NCBI GenBank assembly: GCA_041659045.1
Contig: JBAZZB010000001.1
Coordinates: 134,111 to 198,110 of the forward strand
Origin: Patescibacteria group bacterium
GTDB taxonomy: Bacteria; Patescibacteriota; Patescibacteriia; SG8-24; DYFX01
Length of the DNA stretch: 64,000 bases
Direction of reading: 5' to 3'
Below are positions 27,370-36,166 of this stretch, in pieces; position 1 is the stretch's first letter; every line of letters begins with the position of its first letter. Position numbers and translations under genes: made by a program. The notes beneath the pieces were generated by a model. The model saw only the letters and a program-made list of their open reading frames with translations, ran no database searches and was not told the DNA's origin.

Positions 27370-28628
27370 CAGGGCTCTACGGCTTGGTCGACTGCAATAA
27401 TTTTTTCGTCTCCTGCGAGCGCGTCTTCGAACCGAAGCTCGAAGGTAAGCCCGTGGTTGTGCTGTCGTCGAACGACGGCTGCATTGTCGCGCGCTCGAAC
27501 GAGGCGAAAGCGCTCGGTATTCCGATGGGCGCGCCGATGTTCGAGTGGCGCGACGTCTGCCGTCGAGGAAACGTGATCGCGCTCTCTGGTAACCACGCGC
27601 TCTATTCCGACATGTCTGACCGCGTCATGCGCACGGTCGCCGAGTTCGTCGAGGATCATGAAGTGTATTCCATCGACGAAGCATTTTTGCGTTTTGGTCC
27701 GCGTGAGGACGCTGAGGGAACTTGCCGTGCGTTGCGCGCGGCCGTGCGGCAGCGCGTCGGTATTCCGGTTTCAATCGGTCTTGATACGACGCGTACGCTC
27801 GCCAAAGCCGCGTCAAAGTTTGCCAAACAACATATCGAACTGGGCGGAGTGCTTTCGCTGCACACGCATCCGCGTAAAGACGAAATGCTTGAAAAGCTCG
27901 ATGTCGGAGACTTGTGGGGTATTGGCCGCCAATATTCCAAAAAACTGATCGGTTCCGGCGTTCATTCGGCCCGCTCGCTGCGCGACCTCTCCGATGATTG
28001 GATCCTGCGGCACCTGGGCTCGTCGGGACTTCGCGTCGCGATGGAACTGCGCGGCATGCCGTGCGGTGAGTTCGCGGCACCGCGAGAGCATCGTAAGAGC
28101 ATTGTCTGTTCTCGCTCGTGCGGTCGACCGATCACCGCGTTGGCAGAATTGAAAGAAGCTGTGGCGTCACATATTGCTTCTGCCGCAGAGACGTTGCGAG
28201 GCGAGGGATTGCGTGCGCGCTTTTTGACGGTCTTCGTCGGTCTTCGCAAGCAAGGCTATGGTATGCCGTATCCTTCCGGACGCTCCGTCATGCTCGAAGC
28301 AGCGACCAACGACACGCCGGAACTCATTCGCGCCGCGCATGTGCTTCTTGAAACGTTTTATCGTGACGGCATGGCCTATAAAAAAGTTGGCGTGCGTTTG
28401 ACGGATTTTTCTGGAGAAGAAGCGCATCAGCTTCGCGTCTTCGGCGGAGGAGAACCTGATCCGAAGCGGCGCGCGGCCTGGGCGGCACTCGACACCATCA
28501 ACGCGGAGTGGGGGACAGGAACCGTAAAGTTTGCTGCCGAAGGTGTCGCGCGCGGCTGGAAACCCAAATCCGAACGACGTTCGCCGCGGTACACGACGCG
28601 TTGGGACGAGCTCAAGATCGTGCGTTAA
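27366..28628 (+). CDS. umuC: Y-family DNA polymerase V subunit
   Basis: VDCNNFFVSCE, VLSSNDGC, YSIDE, WGIGR, SPRYTTRW. Confidence 0.95.
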   Translation: MTGLYGLVDCNNFFVSCERVFEPKLEGKPVVVLSSNDGCIVARSNEAKALGIPMGAPMFEWRDVCRRGNVIALSGNHALYSDMSDRVMRTVAEFVEDHEVYSIDEAFLRFGPREDAEGTCRALRAAVRQRVGIPVSIGLDTTRTLAKAASKFAKQHIELGGVLSLHTHPRKDEMLEKLDVGDLWGIGRQYSKKLIGSGVHSARSLRDLSDDWILRHLGSSGLRVAMELRGMPCGEFAAPREHRKSIVCSRSCGRPITALAELKEAVASHIASAAETLRGEGLRARFLTVFVGLRKQGYGMPYPSGRSVMLEAATNDTPELIRAAHVLLETFYRDGMAYKKVGVRLTDFSGEEAHQLRVFGGGEPDPKRRAAWAALDTINAEWGTGTVKFAAEGVARGWKPKSERRSPRYTTRWDELKIVR

Positions 28629-28652
28629 AAAAAAGACCCCACACGTGCGGGG

Positions 28653-28985
28653 TCACCAGAAGCTGAGTTGCGGCGGCGGTCCGATGGATGAAGACGTGAG
28701 GTGGTCGTGCAGCGCTTTGCGCTCGGCGGGCGAGAGCGTCATGACGGCCACCTTCCCTTCCTGGAGCGCGCTCTCCTTGTCGTCCAGCCAGCCGAAGATC
28801 ATGAGTCGGCGATTCTCCGCGGCGCCGACGTTGCAGTAGACGTACGGACGAGCTTTGAAGTCGCGCGTCTCGACGCGGTCCTGCACAAAGCCGGTCTCGG
28901 GGTTCTGAATCGCCTTCAGTCCGTACACGACGCGCCGCGTCGGCACGGCGCCGTAGACGGTTTTGGCTTTGACTCTCTTTGCCAT
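28653..28985 (-). CDS. Hypothetical protein
   Basis: AGGAGGA SD; TTGACA-17-TAGGTT. Confidence 0.65.
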   Translation of the reverse strand: MAKRVKAKTVYGAVPTRRVVYGLKAIQNPETGFVQDRVETRDFKARPYVYCNVGAAENRRLMIFGWLDDKESALQEGKVAVMTLSPAERKALHDHLTSSSIGPPPQLSFW

Positions 28986-29083
28986 CGCATCCTCCTGCCG
29001 CGAACCTAATCGAAAAATGCCGATCTGTCAAGCGTTTGACGGGTCGTGAGACACGCGGTATCACTAGGGCAGGGAGGTATCTC

Positions 29084-29470
29084 ATGCCCAAGATCCTTAT
29101 CATCGAAGATGACGCCGACATGAACGAAGGCTATCAAGGTCTCTTTGCAGGCGTGGGCATCGAGCTCCTCATCGCAACGACGCTACTTGAGGCTTTGCGC
29201 ACGTTCGACGCGAATCCTGATATCGCCGCCGTCTTCGTTGACGGACTCTTTCCTCGCAAGGAAGGCGAGTCGCATCGGCCCGAGCATGGACGGAAGTGTA
29301 ACGGAGTGATTTTTCTCATCAACGCCGCTCATCGATGCCCGATGTTTGCCTGCTCAAGCGAAGACACGATCAATCAGCAGATGTTGAACGCGGGCGCGTC
29401 GGAGACGTGCAAGAAGGGAACGGCGATTCTGGCGCGGGCGCGCCAGCTTCTCAAGGACACGGCCAAGTAG
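29084..29470 (+). CDS. Orphan single-domain response regulator
   Basis: ILIIEDD, AVFVD phospho-Asp, CSS, K; GGGAGG SD. Confidence 0.8.
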   Translation: MPKILIIEDDADMNEGYQGLFAGVGIELLIATTLLEALRTFDANPDIAAVFVDGLFPRKEGESHRPEHGRKCNGVIFLINAAHRCPMFACSSEDTINQQMLNAGASETCKKGTAILARARQLLKDTAK

Positions 29471-29536
29471 CCGTGTCTTTTTTCGTACGGAAACCGATTG
29501 GCCAAAAAGGGTGGTTTCGGGCAAACTGGCAGTAGT

Positions 29537-29809
29537 ATGAAACGCGCGTTCTACATTTTCGCGTTTACGTTTCTGGGCGTGCTCCTGCAGTTTTTAGCGC
29601 ACGCGCTGCTTGAAATGACGGTGATTTCGTTGCTTCTCGACGACTTCAATCGCTACAGCCTCGGCCTTTCATGGAGTCAGTGGTACGCGGTGCATCATAT
29701 GCTGAGCCTTCTTTTGCTGATCCTTGGAATTGTTTTTGGTCATCGATGGGGCATCTTTTGGTGGCAGGTGATTTACGTCGAGCAGCGCTACAAGAAGTGG
29801 AAGTGGTGA
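29537..29809 (+). CDS. Small membrane protein
   Basis: Two TM segments, WWQVIYVE tail. Confidence 0.7.
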   Translation: MKRAFYIFAFTFLGVLLQFLAHALLEMTVISLLLDDFNRYSLGLSWSQWYAVHHMLSLLLLILGIVFGHRWGIFWWQVIYVEQRYKKWKW

Positions 29810-29959
29810 CCGAAAGCATAAGAGGTGCTTCGCGCAGATATTGACACGGAGCTCTTTTTTTGTTGTTGTGCAGGCACGAAGCAGAGCCTAAGGGCGACTG
29901 CGGCGTCCTTCTCCCGTGGGGGAAGGCAACTTCCGGCCGTGGCCGGCAAGGAGTGAAGA

Positions 29960-30748
29960 ATGTCTGAAGAGTTGAAGACGTTTGATTGGGAATGTTCTTT
30001 GAACGATCTGGTCGCGAAAAACAACGACCACGCGTTCGCGGCGCTGTTGGACGGAAAGACGTCCGACGAAGCGCTGGCCGTGTGTCAGAAGTTGTACCAG
30101 ACCTACGTCGACGAGCACGATGACGTTTGTGCGCTGCGGCAGGTCGAGTACCTGCTGACGATGCAGCGCGATCTGTTCCGCGAGGCACCGAACGCCGACG
30201 CTCGGTCGGTGCAGTACGGCATGGCCGAGGCTGCGTTGACGCGATGGCGTAAGTTGCCTCGCAACAAGGAGGGTCGACCCGGCTGTCCGAGCACGCCGAC
30301 GCTCTTGAAGACGAAGGTGTACCTCGCGAGCATTGCGGCGTCCGTCTGGGCGGCGCGCGAGACGAAAGCTGTGTCTGCCGCGGCCATCCTCATGGGCCTG
30401 CTGTCTCTGCCACATTTCGGCAACGCCGAAGAAAAGCTCTTGCTGGAGGTGGTGAGGGCGGTGCTGGAGCATGTTCCGCACGAACGGCTCTGTCACCACG
30501 CGGTCATCGTCATCGAGATGATGTCGCGTGCGGAGCGAGGTTCGCCGTCCGCGCGTCCGCACCCGTTCTTGCGGCCGATGCTCACCACGCTCGTGCGACG
30601 TTTGGTGACCGAATACGCTGAGAGGCCGAAGCTGCAGAACTTTGCTGTCGCACTGCGTGTCCTGAGTGCGCTCGGCGAATCAACCGATTCATCGGTGGGG
30701 CAGGCTCTCGAAGCACAAGCCAAGATGTTGATTGCGAAAGTCGATTGA
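29960..30748 (+). CDS. Hypothetical helical protein
   Basis: AAGGAG SD, TTGACA upstream, terminator downstream. Confidence 0.65.
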   Translation: MSEELKTFDWECSLNDLVAKNNDHAFAALLDGKTSDEALAVCQKLYQTYVDEHDDVCALRQVEYLLTMQRDLFREAPNADARSVQYGMAEAALTRWRKLPRNKEGRPGCPSTPTLLKTKVYLASIAASVWAARETKAVSAAAILMGLLSLPHFGNAEEKLLLEVVRAVLEHVPHERLCHHAVIVIEMMSRAERGSPSARPHPFLRPMLTTLVRRLVTEYAERPKLQNFAVALRVLSALGESTDSSVGQALEAQAKMLIAKVD

Positions 30749-30824
30749 ACACCCGTTCGACCCTGTCTCCCAGGGTTGTTTTTTGTTTCGTCTGGGTCAA
30801 AGGGTGTACACTGTACGTAGAAAT

Positions 30825-31334
30825 ATGAAAAAACTTCCTTACGCTGTCACACTCGTTTCTGCTGCTCTTCTTCTTGTGGGCGCGGGTTGCGGCTCAAAAA
30901 AACAGATCGAATCTTTTGAAGATTGCGCCGCAGCCGGGAATCCGGTCATGGAATCGTATCCACGCCAATGCCGCGCGGACGGCAAGACATTTGTCGAGAA
31001 AGTTTCGTGGGTTCCGGGGCCAGGAGCGAATTTTCCCGTGAACGCCGAACTTGGTGAAGCATTTACGCTGCAGCCCGGACAATCGCGCGGTATCGATGGC
31101 GGCATTCGTTTGACGCTGCTTGAGATTAACGATTCTCGCTGTCCGAAAGACGTACAATGTATTTGGGCCGGTGAGCTTTCCGCGCATTTCAAATTGGAGG
31201 GTCCGGAAGACACAGCGCCGATCCAGGAATTTTCACTTGGCACGGCTCGTAACGGATCGGTGGAACTTTCTGGATTCACGTTTACGTTGAAGGACGCGTC
31301 GGAAGCACTCGCAACCGTCATTGTCACGTATTAG
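30825..31334 (+). CDS. Lipoprotein with Cys-rich motifs
   Basis: LVGAGC lipobox; SFEDCAAAGNPVMESYPRQC; DSRCPKDVQCIWAGE. Confidence 0.85.
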   Translation: MKKLPYAVTLVSAALLLVGAGCGSKKQIESFEDCAAAGNPVMESYPRQCRADGKTFVEKVSWVPGPGANFPVNAELGEAFTLQPGQSRGIDGGIRLTLLEINDSRCPKDVQCIWAGELSAHFKLEGPEDTAPIQEFSLGTARNGSVELSGFTFTLKDASEALATVIVTY

Positions 31335-31337
31335 CGT

Positions 31338-31496
31338 ATGTCGCTCGAAGATTTCTTTTTCTACTTGCCCGCGTATGGTTCGATCGCGCTGCTCGTGGCC
31401 GGTGCTGCCGCGTCGTGGCTCGCCTGGAGACTTCTCGCTGCGCATCGTGAGAAGCGCCGACAGTCAAAGCCTGTGGAAAACTTGCCGAAAACGTGA
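31338..31496 (+). CDS. 52-aa single-TM protein (below ORF-track cutoff)
   Basis: MSLEDFFFYLPAYGSIALLVAGAAASWLAWRLLAAHREKRR..., starts 3 nt after the upstream stop. Confidence 0.55.
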   Translation: MSLEDFFFYLPAYGSIALLVAGAAASWLAWRLLAAHREKRRQSKPVENLPKT

Positions 31497-31548
31497 TATA
31501 CTAAACGACGTCTAAGCGTCTTTTAGCGCTTTTTATACACGTATCGGT

Positions 31549-31839
31549 ATGATGAACGGGAAAGGCATGTGCGCCTTGCACAAAGCGGCCTGGGTCCTCG
31601 TGATCGTCGGCGCGCTCAACTGGGGTCTGGTCGGTGTCGCGAAGTTCAATCTCGTGTTCGCGCTTCTCGGCTCGTGGCCGATGGTTGAGCGCGTGGTGTA
31701 CGTCTTGGTCGGTGTCGCGGCCTTCGCGATGCTTGCCGCCGGCAAGTGCTGCGTCAAAGGAAGCTGCAAGTGCGGCGACGGCGGTTGCGGCCACTGCAAC
31801 ATGGAAGAGAAGAAGCCGATGGGCGGTCAGCAGATGTAA
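31549..31839 (+). CDS. DUF378 family membrane protein
   Basis: LVIVGALNWGLVG, FNLV, VYVLVG. Confidence 0.9.
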   Translation: MMNGKGMCALHKAAWVLVIVGALNWGLVGVAKFNLVFALLGSWPMVERVVYVLVGVAAFAMLAAGKCCVKGSCKCGDGGCGHCNMEEKKPMGGQQM

Positions 31840-31916
31840 AAAACGGAAACCGGTCTCTGGACAAGAGGCCGGTTTTTTGATAGGAAGTGGACGTACAAAA
31901 CAGGAGACCGAAAGAC

Positions 31917-33005
31917 ATGCTCGATTGCATCAAGGCAAGTGGTTCTTTCTACGACGTCGGCGTGATCGTTGGGGAGCGCACTCGCGAAGGAATTCTCTCT
32001 GCGGCGCGCTACGCGTTGCCAATGTTGCTGGAGAAGGGCTTCGGTGGCGATGACGTGGCCATGCGGGCCGCCACGGACGGCTATGTCGAAGCGTCCGGCA
32101 ACTTCTTCCCCCAGTCGATCGAGTTCATGCACGGCCTTGCCGACGGCTGCGGAATGGTTCGGCACGAACAGCTCGCAGTCGCCTTCGGCGAAGAGCTGGA
32201 GTACTTCCCGCGCGTCGAGCGCTGCTCGACGATGGTTATCTGGACGCCCGATGGTCCGGTGATCGCGAGAAACGAGGATTTCTGGGAGAGCTACTTCGAA
32301 GGGCTGGCCATCTATGACCTCACCTTCGACAACTTTCCGCGTGTTGTCTCGCTCAACTACGTCGGTTACATGCCGCACCTCGGCGGCTCGCTGACCGTCA
32401 TGGAAGACCAGCCGCAGCGGTCGTTTGCCCTCGCGAACGATTCTCTCTGGCTGCCGACTCGTCACGGCATTCCCAAGCAGGTCAAGCACTTCCGAGCAGC
32501 GCTCGCGCGCGGCGTAGGGGATGCGATCAGCTTCCTTGTCGCCCAGCCCAGTTCATTGTCGGACCACTTCACGGTGGCAAGCGTCGAACGCGCTGTTTCG
32601 CTCGAAGTTTCGAATGCGGAGAACGCGGTAGAAGTCGCTCGGTGGTACGATATCGTGCCACGCGACGTAGGCAACGTCTTGACTGTGACGGCTCCGTTCT
32701 GCCACACGAACAGCGTTCGTTGGTTGGAGCCGAAGATGCCAGATCCAGCACCGCCCGGTTCGCACATGCGCTACTGGCGGCTCGAATCGGTTGCGCAGAA
32801 CGATCCTCCTCGCACGTATGAGGAGCTCGAGAAGCTCTTCTCGACGCGCGATGGGATCATCCGGCGCGACAACGAGGTCAACCTGACGCTCCAGCCCAAC
32901 AGCTGTACGCTGGCCACGACGATCATCGATCCAGGCAAGCGCCGCATGACGATACTTCGTTACCGGCGTGACGGCTCGCAGGTGCGCGACGTGTTCCAGC
33001 TCTAA
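31917..33005 (+). CDS. C45 family Ntn peptidase/acyltransferase
   Basis: GSFYDVG, ERCST (nucleophile Cys), ARNED, CHTN; AGGAG SD. Confidence 0.8.
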   Translation: MLDCIKASGSFYDVGVIVGERTREGILSAARYALPMLLEKGFGGDDVAMRAATDGYVEASGNFFPQSIEFMHGLADGCGMVRHEQLAVAFGEELEYFPRVERCSTMVIWTPDGPVIARNEDFWESYFEGLAIYDLTFDNFPRVVSLNYVGYMPHLGGSLTVMEDQPQRSFALANDSLWLPTRHGIPKQVKHFRAALARGVGDAISFLVAQPSSLSDHFTVASVERAVSLEVSNAENAVEVARWYDIVPRDVGNVLTVTAPFCHTNSVRWLEPKMPDPAPPGSHMRYWRLESVAQNDPPRTYEELEKLFSTRDGIIRRDNEVNLTLQPNSCTLATTIIDPGKRRMTILRYRRDGSQVRDVFQL

Positions 33006-33053
33006 CCCGCTTATCTGAGCGGGTTTTTCTTTTGGTGGTATACTTTCAGCGAT

Positions 33054-33767
33054 ATGCAAAACCCCACTGGCAAAGGCGTATACGGCAGACTTTTGGACGC
33101 TATTCGCGAGCTTGTGTTCGGTTTGGAAGACGGTCTTGTCTCAACCATGGGCGCGGTCGCCGGTATCGCGGCTGGTACGGAAAACGCCGGTATCGTTGTG
33201 CTCTCCGGCCTCGTGATTATCGCCGTCGAAGCGCTTTCGATGACGGCTGGTTCGTATCTTTCCAACAAGTCGCACCGCGAGATGTTGGAGAAAAAAATCG
33301 CAGACGAACGTCGAGAGATCGAAACGCAGCCCGAAGAGGAAACCGAAGAGTTGCGCGTCATGTATCGACAGCGCGGCTTTTCAGAAGACGAAATCACAAT
33401 CCTCGTGCGACGTATCACGCAGGACAAGGCACTGTGGCTTGAAGAAATGGTGGCCAAGGAACTCCACATCGGTATGAATGATTTGGTGGAACCGAATTCG
33501 CGCGCCATCATCATGGGAATTTCGTACGTGATTGGCGGAGCCGTGCCGCTCGTGCCGTACCTCGTTCTTCCTGTTGAAATCGCCTTGCCCGTTTCCGTCG
33601 TCGCAACGATCGTTGCGCTGTATGCTGTTGGGTATGTCAAAGGCCGCGCGACGGGGCTTAGCAGTATCAAGAGTGGGGGAGAGATGATGCTCGTTGCTTC
33701 GGCTGCGGCGCTTGTGGCCTATTTGATTGGTAAGGCGGTCGGCCACGTCTTCGGTCTCACCGTCTAG
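33054..33767 (+). CDS. VIT1/CCC1 family Fe/Mn transporter
   Basis: VFGLEDGLVS, SMTAGSYLS, VPLVPY. Confidence 0.93.
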   Translation: MQNPTGKGVYGRLLDAIRELVFGLEDGLVSTMGAVAGIAAGTENAGIVVLSGLVIIAVEALSMTAGSYLSNKSHREMLEKKIADERREIETQPEEETEELRVMYRQRGFSEDEITILVRRITQDKALWLEEMVAKELHIGMNDLVEPNSRAIIMGISYVIGGAVPLVPYLVLPVEIALPVSVVATIVALYAVGYVKGRATGLSSIKSGGEMMLVASAAALVAYLIGKAVGHVFGLTV

Positions 33768-33769
33768 AT

Positions 33770-34330
33770 ATGGACGAAAGAGCCAAACATTTTTTCAAAG
33801 ATATCGGAGTGATCGTTGCGAGTATTGCGGTCGCGATTTTTTTTGTGAGTACGGATACGGTAGCAAGGTTTCTGGTTTCGACGCGCGAGATGCAGCTGAT
33901 CGGGAGCTTTGTCGCCGGCGTGTTTTTTACTTCGGCGTTCACGACGGCACCGGCCATCATCGCACTCGGCGAAATTTCAGCGTTAGGCGGATCCGCTTGG
34001 TCGACCGCCGCGATCGGGGCGCTCGGCGCCGTGTTGGGGGATTTGATTTTGTTCACGATCGTAAAAGATCGTCTTTCAGAACACATGGCCACCCATTTAA
34101 AAAACACCAAAGGGTGGTCGAGCTTTTCATTTCTCATGAGCACAAAATCGCTTCGGTGGCTTTCGTTTTTCATCGGCGGATTGATTATCGCGTCGCCCTT
34201 CCCCGACGAACTCGGCGTCAGCTTGCTCGGTATTTCAAAAATGCGCACCTCGTGGTTCGTGGTGCTTTCCTATACGTTTAATTTTATCGGCATTCTCGCG
34301 ATTGCCGGCATCGCGCACCTGCTCGTCTAG
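33770..34330 (+). CDS. Multi-pass membrane protein
   Basis: AGVFFTSAFTTAP, IIASPFPDELG. Confidence 0.75.
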   Translation: MDERAKHFFKDIGVIVASIAVAIFFVSTDTVARFLVSTREMQLIGSFVAGVFFTSAFTTAPAIIALGEISALGGSAWSTAAIGALGAVLGDLILFTIVKDRLSEHMATHLKNTKGWSSFSFLMSTKSLRWLSFFIGGLIIASPFPDELGVSLLGISKMRTSWFVVLSYTFNFIGILAIAGIAHLLV

Positions 34331-34336
34331 AATCTA

Positions 34337-34771
34337 TCAGCGCGAAAATTTGGTGACGAGGGCTTTGGAAATTTTTCGGACGCTTGCCTCGCTCGGGCCA
34401 GTGACAATAACGACACGTTTTGTGCTGGCGATATAAGCGCGTAGTTGCAAACGGGCTCCGATCTTCATGAACTGCTGTTGCGGTTCGACGACCCATTTTG
34501 GGACGGCAGAAACGTCGGCGACGTAGACGGCCACGAGATCAGCGCAATCCGCACAATCTTTTTTTGCATCCTTCGCGGAAAGGGTATCCGCTGTACGAAA
34601 ATAGCGTACAGGAGCCAAGAATCGGTCGGGGGTAGGGACTACGGAAGTGACATTGGAAATACCGGCGGAAGTCAGGTCGTCTTCGGTTACCTCAAGTGGT
34701 GCTGGAAGAGCCGCGGAGGCAGCACTGGCGGCAAAGAGAAGGATGATGGCGATCCACGGGGTTTTTTTCAT
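34337..34771 (-). CDS. Secreted hypothetical protein
   Basis: Signal peptide MKKTPW...ASA; CADC motif. Confidence 0.65.
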   Translation of the reverse strand: MKKTPWIAIILLFAASAASAALPAPLEVTEDDLTSAGISNVTSVVPTPDRFLAPVRYFRTADTLSAKDAKKDCADCADLVAVYVADVSAVPKWVVEPQQQFMKIGARLQLRAYIASTKRVVIVTGPSEASVRKISKALVTKFSR

Positions 34772-34822
34772 ATTGTAGGCTGTGTATCTACAGTATACAC
34801 TGGACATGCATTCAATGCTGTT

Positions 34823-36166
34823 ATGGCGAACCACAAACTCAATCCATTCTCCGAAACGCTCAAGACGTTTTTTGGGCGCGATACTTCGATTCTGCGGGAG
34901 GCTTTAAAGGCAATACAACCCGCTGAACTCGGCGTGATCATTAACGGGTTGTCCGAGCGCGAGAAAATTCAGGTGCTCGCCCTGCTTGAAGACCAAAAAC
35001 TCGGGCGCGTTTTGTGGGAAGTCAGCCCCCACACGAGACGCAGACTTCTTACAAGGATGTCTTCGGATCGTTTGGTGAAGCTCGTGACGGGTTTGGAATC
35101 GGACGAAGCGGCCGACGTCATTCAGCTGCTCGACCGTCGTCGCAAGGAGCGCATCATCGAGGCGCTCCGACGCCACGACCCCAAGAAGATTTTACCGCTT
35201 CTCGGTTTCGAAGAAGAGACGGCCGGCGGTCTCATGAAGTCCGAGTATTTGCGCGCGGAATCCGGCAAGACGGTCGAAGAAGTGCGTAAAGCGATTGCGG
35301 CTACGGGCAGCGGCCTGCAAAAAGCTTCGACGGTGTATGTCGTCGACGCGACGAATTCGCTGGTTGGCGCAATTTCGTTGATGCGTTTGGCAACCGCGTC
35401 AGCTGATAGTTTGATTGACGATTTGGCACACATTCCACCGACCAAACTTCCGGTCGGGATGTTGCAAGACGAGGTGACGCAGCTTTTCAGTGATCTCGAC
35501 GCGGTCGAACTTCCCGTTGTCGACGCACGAGGGAAACTCCTCGGTGTCGTGACGGCCGACGACGTGCTCGACGTGTTGAAGGAATCTCTTTCCGAAGATC
35601 TTTCGCGCTTCAGCGGTACTTCTGAAGACGAGCACGTGAGCGACCCTGCCTGGCTCTCGATTCGCCGCCGCTTGCCGTGGCTTCTTGTGAACCTTGCGAC
35701 CGCTGTTCTGGCAGCGTCCGTCGTCGCGCAATTTCAGGATACGATCAGCCAGATCGTCATTTTGGCGGCGCTCATGCCGATCGTCGCGGGTATGGGAGGA
35801 AACGCCGTGACGCAAACGCTCGGCGTTTCGATTCGTGCACTCGCGCTTCATCAGCTACATACCTGGGACATTTGGAAGATCACTGTTCGGCAGATGCTGG
35901 TCGGCGCAGCGAACGGCTGCTTGACCGGCGTGGTGATGGGTGGTCTGGCGTACGCGTGGACAGGCGACATTCAGCTCGCGTTCGTCATGGTGATCGCCAT
36001 GACAGTGACGCTCTTCATCGCTGGACTCGGTGGGATCCTGATTCCCGTCACTATGAAGAAGCTGAAGATCGATCCGGCGTTGGCTTCGACCGTCTTTGCC
36101 ACGACTCTGACTGATGTGATCGGGTTCCTGACATTTCTCGGTCTGGCTAAAATCCTTTTGACATGA
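34823..36166 (+). CDS. mgtE: Magnesium transporter MgtE
   Basis: ETAGGLM, CBS pair, RRLPWL, GMGGNA, DPALAS...TTLTD. Confidence 0.95.
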   Translation: MANHKLNPFSETLKTFFGRDTSILREALKAIQPAELGVIINGLSEREKIQVLALLEDQKLGRVLWEVSPHTRRRLLTRMSSDRLVKLVTGLESDEAADVIQLLDRRRKERIIEALRRHDPKKILPLLGFEEETAGGLMKSEYLRAESGKTVEEVRKAIAATGSGLQKASTVYVVDATNSLVGAISLMRLATASADSLIDDLAHIPPTKLPVGMLQDEVTQLFSDLDAVELPVVDARGKLLGVVTADDVLDVLKESLSEDLSRFSGTSEDEHVSDPAWLSIRRRLPWLLVNLATAVLAASVVAQFQDTISQIVILAALMPIVAGMGGNAVTQTLGVSIRALALHQLHTWDIWKITVRQMLVGAANGCLTGVVMGGLAYAWTGDIQLAFVMVIAMTVTLFIAGLGGILIPVTMKKLKIDPALASTVFATTLTDVIGFLTFLGLAKILLT

